Assembly (NCBI GenBank): GCA_002633005.1
Contig: NMRA01000006.1
Span: 2,131,818-2,195,817, forward strand
Length of the DNA: 64,000 bases
Origin: Phoronis australis
Lineage: Eukaryota > Animalia > Phoronida
Direction of reading: 5' to 3'
Shown here: one piece after another, positions 51,731-64,000 of the stretch
Layout: each line of letters begins with the position of its first letter
How positions within the stretch are numbered: position 1 is the stretch's first letter
Made by a program: the position numbers and the translations under genes
Notes under the pieces: generated by a model
The model's database searches: none
What the model saw: only the letters and a program-made list of their open reading frames with translations
What the model was told of the DNA's origin: nothing

Positions 51731-51920
51731 TGCCATGCACCTCTGGTGTGGTAGTGTAGATTCGCTAGGGCCATGCATCTCTGGTGTGGTAGTGTAGGGC
51801 TACTGGTGCCATGCATCTCTGGTGTGATAGTGTAGGGCTACTGGTGCCATGCACCTCTGGTGTGGTTAAGTGTAGGGCCGCTAATGCCAGGCATCTCTGG
51901 TGTGTTAGTGTATGGCTGCT
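51731..51920. repeat. 38-bp minisatellite, ~5 copies
   Basis: Unit GCCATGCATCTCTGGTGTGGTAGTGTAGGGCTACTGGT starts near 51732, 51770, 51808, 51846 and 51886. Confidence 0.9.
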
Positions 51921-52442
51921 GAAGACTAAGCTTCCTTTCATTCCGTTCCCATGAGAAAATTGCTCGAAATAATCCCAGTATTTATTCAGGCAAAGTTTTA
52001 CTGGTAAAAAAAATTGCTTTGGGACACAAATTTGCAGGGATTTCCAGTACAATCAAGTTTTGCATGATCAATGAGTTGTACATTTGTTTACACAATTAAA
52101 ATTCCAAGCCAGACTGCTCTGCAGTATTACTCTGAGGCTTATTTATTTATCCAATTAAAAAACAGATGTTATCAGCATCATAGATGTATGTCAAGAGCAT
52201 TTTCAAGACATGCCAATAGGGGCTACAGAACTTGCTGGGATTCTCGATGGGGAGGCAAAAGTATAAAGAATTTCTGTTACAAGATTCTTAAAAAATACCT
52301 AGGGACTTTGAAATACATGGCAAGGTGCCTTGAGAGGGTTTTGCTAGAATCCCTACTCTTTTGAGGTTACTGAGAAAGTAGAGTTATTTTACAGACAAGG
52401 AAATATAACCAAGAAACAGTCACAGCTTCTCTGGAGACTTTA

Positions 52443-52965
52443 TGTCGCTTTCCCATTAGGGGAACTTCGGTTTACCGAAGCTTCGCCGAATCTTTGCTTA
52501 CCTTTCTGACTTAAGACAGCAATATCAAAGTTATTGATAAGATACCAGACGAAGCGGTTCATTCGTACTCTCAAACGAATATTGAGTAGTGGGTTAGAGG
52601 GTAACTCAAAATTGCTCTGCCATTTACGAGTGTTTATGAAAATGCTCAGAATCATTCTTCATCAAATATGCTTTCTTTTATTTATTTATGTGTCTACTGA
52701 GAGCACGTCACACAATAACAAAGAGAATGTTTCGCGAGTTTAGTATGATCATATATCGTTGCCGCGACCTCTACCGATAACTTTGGTGAAGTTTCGCTTT
52801 GACCTTTCCCACTACACCAAAGTTTCGGGGAGTACCAAAAGCTTCACTTTTAAATCTTAATATTTTCACCAAAATTTCGCTTCCAGATTAACTACCGGAG
52901 TTGATGTTTCCCACTTACCGGAACTTTGGTAAAAGCGAAGTTTCCCCTCTAATGGGAAAGCAGCT
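52443..52965. mobile_element. PIF/Harbinger-like MITE
   Basis: ~40-bp imperfect TIRs GCTTTCCCATTAGGGGAACTTCGGTTTACCGAAG / CTTTGGTAAAAGCGAAGTTTCCCCTCTAATGGGAAAGC; TTA and TAA flanks. Confidence 0.62.
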
Positions 52966-54924
52966 TAAAACGTCAAAAGGAAAAATCTTTTTTATTCATC
53001 TTAAGTGAGTGATTTGTGAGGCCATTAAACTGGCTTACTGATACAGTGTGTTCCTTATGTTACCAAACCAACAAGAAACACAACCAGATGGGAAAAGGTT
53101 TAAACCACAGAAATCAATAAGAAATGTGTATACACTTGCTGATGCACACTGAGTGTTATGTTTCATGAATTGAAGCATCTCACTAAATTTTGAGCATGAA
53201 TGTTATTGAAAAAACAAAGTATTGAATAATGAGGCAACTACCTTCACTAGATCCTTTGATACCTTGATTTAGCAATGCATTTCAATTTTTTTTTCAGCTT
53301 GGATTTCGCATGTTCGAGCATGTGTAACCAGACACAAGTCCTAATATTAAACTGAACTAAATGAAAATGAATTTACCGCTAAAACTGTGAATGAAAAAAT
53401 CAGCACGACTCCAACGCAATACGTGACAGATAAAGTTATCACATATTAATCCAATGATTTTAATAAGCTTAAATGTGTTGGTCACCTAAATGAACAAATT
53501 AAATCTCACTCACTGATAAACGAATTTGTTTGCCTAATAAAACATAAAATTCTCCCAAATAATGAGCAGGGAATTGTGCCACTGAACGTCGAGGTGATTG
53601 GGTGGAGGGATTTCGGTAACAAAACATTGGAGAAGCTTAAAAGTCAAAACGTAAGTATTTTTTCCAAGAAAACCTCGAACTAAATCAAATGAGCTTTCAA
53701 TTCATCTAATGGCAATGAATTAATGTCAGTGTACAACAAAAATTAGGCAATGCTTGAAGAGAAAAAAAGTGTCCACTAGAAACTTAGAATTAGACTACCA
53801 AAGGCAAAACCCACTGAAGGTTGCATTTCTTCAACACAGCTAAAAACATTTCCGAATGCTCCCCCCAAAAAGTATAGAGCCAGATAATTCTATTTCTTTA
53901 AAAAGTAGAACCCAGCAGGTAGACATTCTTGAACAAATTTCTAAAACATGGGTGATTGTCTCTTACTTCTGTTCGCTTCTCTGTTCATAGACTGCGGCAG
54001 CTACAGAGCGACTGCCACACATATCTCGAGGAACTGTAACAACACTTCACTGACCCACCTTGACAGCGATCTATTTATAACCCGCCTAGACATTGATCAA
54101 ACCAACAACAACCATGCCACTTTCACCAACAGTGCATTGTTCATAATGGCTGGCTAGTGACCCCAATAGGAAGATGTGACCCACATGCCATTGCAATGTT
54201 TCATTTCTATTTCTAACCAGTTTTCTTATAAAAATCCAAGCTCTTTCTTTCTTTATACTGTATATGATAACTAATTGCTAAAGTATTTAAAGAATTTGTA
54301 TTAAATGGACTACGCACATGGAAATTCTGTTACCGCAGTACATGTTTTCATGAAATCACCAGATAAAACACCAGACAGTAAAGATGTAATAGTCTGCTCT
54401 ACTAGCGCCCTCTATAGATATTCAAGGGAGACAGGCAACTTGAACTTTAGAAAACTTGATGTTGTTTGAACTCACTCCTAATACTCAACAGCATTGCAGA
54501 AAAACTAGTGCCTGCCAGCTTTCAGTAGGCTTCGTTTCAATAAGTTTATCCAGCTTTGCTAACTGAAACCCGAGGACGCTGGTTCTAGCTTCTGTGTTAG
54601 TGAGACAAGATAATAACCACCAGAAGAGAAAAGAAGTTTTTAATTTCAACAGTTTCTGTTCCTGGCGCCTTGCCATCACACTGATAAAATGAGGATATTC
54701 CTTGACCATCAGCTAAAGCAGGAGAACGACAAATATTTTGCTGCAACTGCTTCACAAATATCGGAGGAAGGCCATCCTAATGAATCATTAGAGCCAAATG
54801 CGATAGACCAAAAGTCATTACGAAACAGAAATTCTAATTTTAAACATATCTTGTGCACAGTGAAGTCCTCCTTGAACTGTGAAAAACTGTTAACAACTGC
54901 ACGCTAACTACATTAAAATCTCCC

Positions 54925-56278
54925 CAGGGCTCAACATTAACTTTTGAAGCTACTTGCCCTTCGGGCAAGTAGTTGAAATTTTTACTTGCCCGAACAACGA
55001 ATTCACTTGCCCCAAGTACAATACCAAATAGCACCGTGCATGTGCACCCCTAGGTAATGTGTTACCGTAGGGCTGCCTGGGCTGAGCCTCCTCTTGTGTT
55101 GTGCACGCTAAAAAAAGTTACTATTTGTTTAACGATTCTTCTTATAGAACATTTATTTATAAGGTGTGTCAAAACACTAGAGAGACAAATTAGAAGAGTA
55201 ACTATGGTATCTGAACCATTGTCACACATTCACAGGCGCCGAAATGAGCTAGGGCATGAACTCTCGACACTTCTGCGTATTCATTAGTTTATACGCCCTT
55301 ATGCATTAAACTTGAGTTGTTGCTAACCTGAATTTCAATTTTTGCTATCCGTAAAAATCTTGCCCAGTTTTGGTCATCAGTACCTTGTATTAAATTAAAA
55401 TCAAATTTAAACATATAATAATGCCACATATACTTTTATTTTCAATAAATAATTACATTTTTGAAAAACAGATAGACCGCGAAAAAGTCACCCTTCAGAC
55501 TTCAGAACGGCAATCCCGAAGACCGTATCGTATTCCTCTGCTTCTTTCGGGAGTCGCCACCGGGAGCCGGGAATTCATAAGAATGTCCTTTGGAATTCTC
55601 CCTGAATAAATACCAGGCTTTTTAAACTGCTGTGTAGTGTAGAAAATATGTCGTCAATCCTTCACTTTTTAGCTTTTGCGCTTATCTGTATGACTTACAT
55701 TCGCTGACGAACGCGGTGCTTCCAGCTGTACATGGGTAAACGCCATCAAAAATCAAACGTCATCCATTGTTCACTGTCTCACAGGCCAGAAAACCTAATT
55801 TCCCATGACGTTTCATATTATTGCTTTGATTCTTCCTGAACTTGTTTTTTAGCAACTAAACCAATGCCGTCCAGGCCTGGACGGCTTCCATGTTTAGACA
55901 TTTTGCCAGAGTGCAGACGATCAGTAGTATCACGTGACAACTTATTCAGAAACTGCAGGGCACGTTCAGAGAATCGAAAGGATTTGACCGCGAGTGTCAT
56001 CTGTGCACGCTGCATCACGCTCGATCTATTTTCCTTTCGGTCCTCATTCGAAGACGGATGTTTCTTTGACGGCCACAGGGGCTTTTTCGACGGTTTTTAG
56101 GCTTGTGTCGGGGTTCGTTACTTTGGAGCAATTGTCGAGCAGACAATCTTAGGATCTACTTGCCTATGCGGCTAGCTTTTTAACTTGCCCATCGGGCAAG
56201 TACTTTTCAAATTCCACTTGCCCGACGCAAAATCTACATGTACACGGGCAATCGGGCAACCGTTAGTGTTGAGCCCTG
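54925..56278. mobile_element. Non-autonomous hAT-like element with 5-bp TSD (hAT5-type)
   Basis: TIRs CAGGGCTCAACATTAAC / GTTAGTGTTGAGCCCTG; direct repeat CTCCC at 54920-54924 and 56279-56283; multiple subterminal ACTTGCCC/GGGCAAGT repeats at both ends. Confidence 0.82.
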
Positions 56279-58782
56279 CTCCCAAATTTAGGACAAAAAT
56301 ATGAGTCATCATTATCATTTTTCTTTCCTAGTGTTGTAATTTTTCAAAATGTTGCATACAATACAGAGTTAAAAATAGCAATTAGAATCATTGCTAATAA
56401 TATAGTTCATGAAAAATGAGAAAATTTCACGTGTTCAATATGCCATAGTTTGTAGTAAATTACAGACAAAAGGGTAGATTGATGCAATAAGTTTTGTGTA
56501 TGGTAAAATCTCACCATTTCACATAAAATATTGCCCAAATTGTCTTTCTTCATTTTTCAAGGGCTTCAGTCTAATAATAATTTTTGTTTTTTTCAATGTC
56601 CAAGGGGTTATAACATTGTTATGAACAACGTAAGTTGTTCCAAATATTGTCCCATCATTGTTAAAGAACACAGCTTGAAACTGGAAATTTGGTACTGCTT
56701 ACCTTTGCGAAAAGGTGACAAAATAAAATCCCCCTTGTCCGCCATATTGTGTTAAAAATTTGAGACATTTTACCATAACTGTCAACTACATACAAAAGTA
56801 AGACTTATTAAGTGAACAAGGCATTTGTCTTCACATTGGTGGCAGGCCGTACAGCTAGTTGAACTCACAAACAGGGGACCCATTTGAATGGCGCTTCCAT
56901 GAAAATAAGTAAGAATATCATTTCCTATCAGTTTTTAAAATATAGATAGCACTGCACACCCTTAGTAGTTATGAGTAGTTGGAAAAAAGAAGAAAAGAGC
57001 CTCTGCAAGTTTCCGGACTCACAAGGTGATTGATTCCTTTTGTAGAGAATTATTTATATACGAAAGAGACCCTTTCATAGGCGATTTTGTCAGAAGACAC
57101 CTTTTTATAGGGAAACTGGTTATGAAAAATCACCTCGCAGAGTGGCATGTTGCGTATACCTCTTGAGTGTACCCTTGGGGTGTCAACCTTCCTCGGTGGA
57201 CATTTTCTTCTTCAGAATGTTCAAAATATCTTGTAATCACTCTATTAAACAAGGTACCAAGAGGGCAATATTTTAGAGTTTTTATCATAACAGCTTGGTG
57301 ACAAATGAGCGTAGAGTAAACCTATTATCAACATGCTAAGGCCAAAAGTTGGTTCTGGTCTGTGCTCCACTTGTTTTGAGATCTGCAATCGCTGATTAAC
57401 AAAAAATCCCAACTGCATCAAGTTCAGCGTACATCTTGAGTTTTCTTTATTTTTACGAAAAGCTGCACAAAAGCACCTAAAAAAAGAATTAAAATGTCAA
57501 GATTTGCCAAGCCATCAGTAAGAAAACAAATCACATTCGCTCGTCTTGGTGGATTCTTTTTTAAAAAAGTGAGCACCAAAAAAAATTACCGCACATTCGA
57601 CTTGAAATTCAAGAAAAAAACAGACCAGAACCATCTACACTTTTTCGCGTGTTACCTGAGGGTGGCGCTGCTGTACAGAACTTTCCAGAACAAATGTTTA
57701 CCAATGGATACTATCGCAACCTAAGCCAATTACACATTGGGAGATGTTTACATAGGTGACAAATACACAGCAATCTCTTTTTGCTTGAACATTAACTAGC
57801 AGAAGGCACACTGGCAATTCAGAACTTCTCCATAAGTGCTTGGTCAGGTGTATGACCTTTTCTCACTAAGGGGACAATGTTAGGACCTTTTATATAGCCC
57901 CTGCACTTCAAGCACTCATTAGCAAGATCCCCTAGCTACAATGAGGCAAAGTTTCTGAAAATTGTAGTAATTCAGAACAACGTTAGACACCTTTGAAAAA
58001 AGAAAAAGATCAATTTTGGCAATTATTTCTGTCTAAAATTGGTGAGATTTTGCTGTAAGAAAAATTAAAAATCACTACCATAATTGAACGGTTATGTTCA
58101 AGCATCAATCCAAACATTAGGATAACACAGTAGTTCTTACACAAAGTCAAGAACATTGAGACCAACAAGTTAAACAGCACCACTATGGACAAGTGAAGCA
58201 AGTGGAGTTTTCATTAACATTTGACAGACACTAGAACATCAACTATTGATTTATGGCTTACTTTAAATATGAACTTTGGATTAGCTCTTCATTCAGGTCT
58301 AGAAGACACAAGATAAGTCGCCATTGAAACTGAATAATAATAATAATGATAATGATAATGAAAATGATATTGATAATAACAGTAATGCAATAATCAATTC
58401 CTCCTAGTTACCGACCAGGGCACCGAAATTTGGAAACCCAAAATCAGGGGTGGGCTTAATAACCCGAGTATCGGCACTTAACAAGAAATTTTAATGAATT
58501 AGGGGATGAGCGTTTAAAGGCGAAGGCAACCTTTTTTCATGTCATTTTGAGCTAAAATAAGGTTGGTTAGTTATCCTAGACATATTTTCCACTTAATTAC
58601 AGCTTTTCGTAATTTTGTTAATTACTCGTCCGCTATTCCGGAAGTGACGTTTTAGGAGGCAAGCATTTCACGCCAATTTCTTTTCATATAGTCTGACTGT
58701 GAGAGCTGCCGAGTCACTCATTGTTCTACCTCAGTTGTGTTAAGTTACGTCGTCGTTTGCTTTCATTTACTAGTCAGTCAAC

Positions 58783-59575
58783 ATGCCACACTGTTGCTGC
58801 GTACCGGGATGTACTAATTATCGTCTCACAAGCGCTTTGGGAGTACCTTAGCATCGCTTTCCGATGGATGACACACTTCGCCGTACTTGGCTCGTTCGTG
58901 TGAAGAAAGCAGCGTTACCCGTCCACGCAACGTACAAAGCAGTCGAGAATTACCTTTTGTGTAGCAAGCACTTTCTGCCGTCCGATTACGAAAGGGATTT
59001 GTACGCTGAACTGATGAAGGTCCCTGCGAAACAACGTCTGAAGAAGGATGCCATTCCGTTTGTGTTGATTCCCGGCAGTGCCCCGTCGCCAACCCCGAGA
59101 AGTGCATTTTTGAAGAGAGAAGCCTCGCGAGCTGTGACCAGTACAGTGACTGGAGCCAGTGGAGGCACTTCATCCACTGTCACCCGTGCCTCCGAACGTA
59201 CCCCAGAGCGTGCCATTCCTGGAACCAGTAGTGATTCGCCCTGTGCTGTTTTCTCCAGCCCAGAGCCTCTAAGCAGCCCTGCAGCGATATTCAGTAGTGG
59301 GAGTGATTACAGGCCCAGTTCGACACCCAGTGAAGAGGACAGTTCGTCGTCCAGTGAACAGATCAGTGAGCCAAACTTTGATAAGTTCATTGTGGACTTG
59401 TCTAAAGTGTTGGAGCTATTTAGAAGGTGCCAGGTGTGTGGCGAGGGAGACACACGACACGATGTAAGCAGTTTGGGTGCTCAGGTCACCATCCAGTGGG
59501 AGTGTGTCGCGGGACACTCTGGCAAGTGGGACAGTTGTTCCTCTGTCCGTGATATGCTGGAGGTCCACTTAACCG
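58783..59575 (+). pseudogene. Kolobok transposase N-terminal fragment (THAP domain plus Cys/His region; no DDE core)
   Basis: Reads MPHCCCVPGCTNY...P*HRFP...W...LLCSKHF...LKKDAIPFV (THAP signature, in-frame TAG at 58849-58851), then KFIVDLSKVLELFRRCQVC...C-VAGH-SGKW. Similarity ends around 59570-59590. Confidence 0.82.
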
Positions 59576-59876
59576 TGTCCAGTAGTGGCTCGGCCTCGTC
59601 GAACTCTGAACAGCACAAACATTCCATTGAGGTAGGCATAACAACGCACACAGTGCATTTGCACCAAGATGTGTCACCACGTCTGTCCTCAGTAGCCGCC
59701 TCGTTTCTCTCAACAGCTGCCTGTGCATATGCGTACTCTGCCTCGTTATACTCGGGCTCAAACATGTACCCACCCACTGAATGCCCGTGAAAAAATTCCT
59801 CGTCACCACTGCTGTGAACAAGGTCTCCGTCGCTCACACTACTGTCACTGTGATACGGGGCACCGACTCCAGCCAT
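59570..59876 (-). pseudogene. KolX-like (P2X7 cytoplasmic ballast/Nanor-like Cys-rich) ORF, 3'-truncated
   Basis: Reads MAGVGAPY...GYMFEPEY...RRGDTSWCKCTVCVVMPTSMECLCCSE, the YxFEP...WCxCxxCxxMxTxxExxCCxE pattern of P2X7-ballast-like proteins. Confidence 0.78.
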
Positions 59877-60345
59877 TTTCAGCTTACAACACACTAAACA
59901 TTCCGTAGTTGAGTTCTCTACTAACCTATCTTGCCGCAGAATACTCGCCGATGGAAAGTGGTGGCGACAATTGATGAAAAAACAACACAAAACAAAAGTA
60001 GAATAGAACAGATTCGCACGGTAAACTCAACGCAAAACCAAGTGGCGGGAAACGCTTGCCTCCTAAAACGTCACTTCCGGAGTAGAGGACGAGTAATTAA
60101 TAAAATTACGAAAAGCTGTAATTAAGTGGAAAATATGTCTAGGATAACCAACCAACCTTATTTTAGCTCAAAATGACATGAAAAAAGGTTGCCTTCGCCT
60201 TTTAATCAAACGATCAATCACGTTAACGCCCAAAGATCGAGCTACATTGATGTTGGACTTCAGGTACAAGAATAGAAAAATATCGGTGCACTGTAGACAA
60301 TGTAGCAAGAGGCTCAGCTTCTAGAACGGAGTGATCGTGCTGAGT

Positions 60346-60502
60346 CAGGGGCGGATCCAGGGTTTTTTAAAAAGGGGGGTCGGATCAAGGATTTTTTAAA
60401 AGGGGAATCCAAGTCAACAATTTGAATATTCCAGATTTCACATCACTAAAATCAAGGATATAATGGAAGCCCGGACCCCTTGACCCCCTGAATGTGCCTA
60501 TG
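60346..60502. mobile_element. Short MITE with CAGGGGCGGATCCAG end
   Basis: Decayed right TIR CTGAATGTGCCTATG; TGAGT present on both flanks. Confidence 0.45.
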
Positions 60503-62423
60503 TGAGTAGTTGAGTAGTGTGACCCGTTATGCACTGTATCTTGATTTAAAGTTTTCGTACGTAATAGTAGTGACAATAATCCTGTGTATTCTTCATTTAG
60601 CATTGGGACATGAATTTGCCGGCATTTTAAGTTCCACCAAATTAAGCTGGATTAATATCTGGGGAAAAATTATTCAAGGCCTACATGGTTTGTTGATTTA
60701 ATTAAAATTACGATCGTTATCTGTATTAAAAAAAACACTGGTGCTGGCATGTGCTATATTGCACAGACTGCGTAGTGTCAGTGTCTGCCAATAACTTTCC
60801 AGCATTCATGAATTCATTTGTAGAATTAATCCTGAGTATTTTTCTTGGAATATTTCTGACATTTTCAAATAAGCTGGCCACACTGGTCAAGTGAACGCTT
60901 TCACCGTTTTTACACAAATTAGAATGTGCATGAACCAAAAGAACCATTTAATGTCTCCTTCTGTAGAGAGTAGAAGAGTACGAGTATTTCCCTGCCTGCA
61001 GTGAATAAAACAATGTTCCACAGAAACAAAATGATAGTTACTCAACCGTACGTGAGTTCCGTACTCTTTGAGAGCTATGGTTAATGAGACCCCCCGTTTA
61101 CACTGACATGGGCACTAATCCAAGAAAGTGTCAATTGTGTAAATTGGAGTGGTGTGCCGGGGCATAAAAATGATAATTTGGAGATTTTGTGGATGGGCAG
61201 TAAACCAAGCATAGATGAGTATAATACTATACTAATATGTACAGTAATAAAATTCAGTTCACAATACAGGAAATTTAATACCCCATTACTAATTGTTCAC
61301 AAACAATGCAGGACCCTTCGTCCCCTATGGATGGGGCTGTGCCTTGTAACAGGGAGAATTTTTCCAAGAGGGAAAATCCCCTCCGCCGCCCCCCAAACCA
61401 ATTCTGTCTGTCCATCCTGTTGTGCCTGTCTATGTTTGAGTCTATCAATCTCTATAAAAAACTTCATCAACCTGAGCAAAAAACGTCAAGAATATTTCTC
61501 ACCTAAACCATGCAAGAGACTCATCAAACTCACATTATGGTGACGGACAATAGGTTTAAAGACAGGCACAAACTGTCATATCACACAACATTACAACTAA
61601 AGACAAAAAACGCAAAACATAATTAGGCACATATGGTAGGTGAATATTAAACAGTCAAACAATGTCTCAAGAGAGTTAGCAAGACAGAACTATGAACACT
61701 CATTTCCACATTCAACCTCACTCCAGATAGCACACAATATTCTACTCCTAATTATAGTCATCGATGCGGCAATAATTACACAAGCTGTTCATCAATGGAT
61801 CAACAATCCCTTAGATCTACAACCCAGAAACTGCAAATGCAGTAATCAAGTGAGAAAATAAATTAAATTTTGCATTTTAGTTTTGTTCAAGCTTATGCTA
61901 TAATGTCAGTGAGTTCTCTTCGAAAACGAAAATTGTTCGATTAGTGGTTCCATACTTCTTCATTTTACATATTAATAATATAATTTTGTTCCCATGAAAT
62001 GCACAACACCGGCAGTCCAGAGTATGGGAAAGAAATAATCCAACATGATGACAACAAATTTTAGAAAATAATTTTGCCTTGCATAACCCGTTAGTTTGTC
62101 CTAAAACAATGAGAACCCACAGGCATATTATTATTACTGTTATGACTATTATTATTACTATTACTGTATTACTATTACTATCATTATTGTTATTATTAAC
62201 ACTCTGAAAAGAGCAGTATGAATATTTTAGATATTCCACAATTTTGGGAAAAAGCAGAACCTGCCGTCAAATCAGGACAAACACAAAACAGCATTTTTCA
62301 TCAGTTTTTCATTCCGTGTTTAAGGGAAAAACAACCATTTTTGTAATTACCTTTAGAAAAAACGAAGATCCCTGGATATGTAGCAGATATTTTTCCGTGT
62401 TACTATAGAAAGTGATCTAAATG

Positions 62424-62552
62424 GCCCACATCTTGGTTCTGCATTCAATTCTATTGAGCAGACATGAACCACCAATACAGACCGTGTTTAACAAGGAGAA
62501 AGCCAGTATGACTCCTCAATGGAAGTGAGTGCAAAAAACCAAGATGCGGACC
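62424..62552. mobile_element. Short fold-back MITE
   Basis: Inverted arms GGCCCACATCTTGGTTCTGCATTCAATTCTATTGAG / CTCAATGGAAGTGAGTGCAAAAAACCAAGATGCGGACC. Confidence 0.5.
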
Positions 62553-64000
62553 TCTTGCTGCATTGTTTATGGCACTTTCTATTGTTCCATGGATAGCAAA
62601 TACATGACAGTTGAAGCAACACAGTAAAATGTATTTTCAAGATGTGGTCAACAGATGGTGTGCTGACAAGACTTCAATGTTTGCAACATATTTTCCACGC
62701 CATATTGAGATTGACATATTCATGATTTCCAAGATTGCCAAGGATCTATATTTTTACTCAATGTACCACTTGAAGCCAGCATGCACAACACACCAATATT
62801 ACAACTTCTGAAATGTAGACTTTTTACAGGTGGGTTCACCACTCATATCATCATTCTTTCGCAATATATTTCAGAGACCTTTTCCCCAAAATGGCCAATG
62901 TTGGGGTATGGTAAGATCACAAGTAGAACCCATTTTACACTGTACTGCTTTGCTGTAAAATGTTCCTGTATGAAATGACTTACAGTTGTCAAAATACTGG
63001 ACAGTAAATCATTCATCTACAAAACAAATACTGACAAAGTGTACATGTTTAATGTAGGCTGGCATGATGAAATACTGAAAGATGGCTGAAGTCATGGTGA
63101 TCCAAATGTTGAACTAATATCGCCCTCAATACCGATCATCACACTCAAAGTTTTAGCACAATTGTGATCATCACATGCAAATTTTGAATAATCCAACTCC
63201 AATTTGATAATCACCTCCACATGTTTAGAGCCATCATATTTTTAAACAGTCAAAACTTGAACCATGTCCTTCATAATACCTTATTCACAAACTGGTTAAA
63301 CGCATTTTTGAATGACTTTTGCTAGTAGTAATAATGCCAACCACGACAATGGTTACAAGTGTCACTTTTGACTTTGCTGGCTGTTAGAACTACCCAAAAC
63401 TTCTGTTTTTTACTAGCACTTTAGTAGCCAGACCACTTCAAAGGACAAATATATGCGTCACGAAAATCAAATTATGACAGAGAGTGAAGTACAAGTTTTG
63501 ACAGCAATTTTTGCTTAAAAGCGACTAGGGTGGTGAGGGAACAAACTGACTGTAGGCAAAAATGACCCTTTACAGGCACTGTGTTGTGTATTAACAGACT
63601 TGGCAGTTCACGATATCATTAAAACTAGCTGACGATACAATATTTTTACGTGTCCGATAATGTGTAAGGAATGTAAGACTTGAACTTGGGAAGTCGGCAA
63701 TGTTGCCTATCTCTAAAATTTAGTACATCCTAGCCTTGAGCAAAATAATTAAATTTTTTTCACTCTCCCATTTTTTTACCACATTAACAGTATTCATTGG
63801 TAACAATCAGCTCTATGTTCATTTGTCAATCACCTGACGTAAGCTATAAATCAGTTTTCTATTTGAAACTTATTGTGTTTTAATTTTCCATCAATTTTCC
63901 AAGATGTATGTTCTTTGTCAATGAGTAATTATTCCCATAATTAAGAAAGATTATCTAATGTCTGCTAATGATTGTTCTCAGAAATGAATGTATGTCTGAA

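Larger units (their letters stand above)
58518..60200. mobile_element. Kolobok-superfamily DNA transposon, internally deleted
   Basis: 158-bp near-perfect TIRs (58518-58675 and 60043-60200) starting AGGCGAAGGC. TTAA at 58514-58517 and TTTAA at 60201-60205. Two convergent truncated ORFs inside. Confidence 0.88.

Noticed and set aside
51731-51920. 38-bp repeats and overlapping ORF 51765..52052
   Set aside because: No spacers; the ORF is just repeat translation.
53967-54033. Exon-like segment (TTACAG...GTAAGA) on the minus strand
   Set aside because: Its open frame ends in phase 2, which does not fit the J-like exon, and it has no motif. It could be a UTR exon but this is unsupported.
58864-59790. 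308-aa ORF as an intact host THAP gene
   Set aside because: It lies inside TIRs, its THAP N-terminus is cut off by a TAG at 58849, and the last ~70 aa are antisense read-through of the KolX-like ORF.

Overview
AT-rich, intron-rich animal genomic DNA, probably a marine invertebrate; the species cannot be determined from the sequence. It holds two convergent spliced genes. DRG2 (+, 59-9387) has 12 coding exons in the window, with exon 1 upstream, and includes a U12-type minor intron. GW182/TNRC6 (-, 12053 to at least 36399) has 20 frame-consistent exons, about 1,780 codons. The main finding is that this GW182 extends N-terminally through a coiled coil into small exons, not annotated as such in the ORF track, that encode a DnaJ/J-domain-like module with HPD changed to HPY. 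The rest of the window is intronic or intergenic. It contains an internally deleted Kolobok element (THAP transposase plus convergent KolX/P2X7-ballast-like ORF), a hAT element with 5-bp TSD, a TIR element carrying a HIRAN-like pseudogene, Helentron-like elements with ~144-bp arrays of CTCF-like motifs, a pair of Penelope-type minimal hammerhead ribozymes, MITEs and minisatellites. All exon calls are manual and need RNA-seq confirmation.
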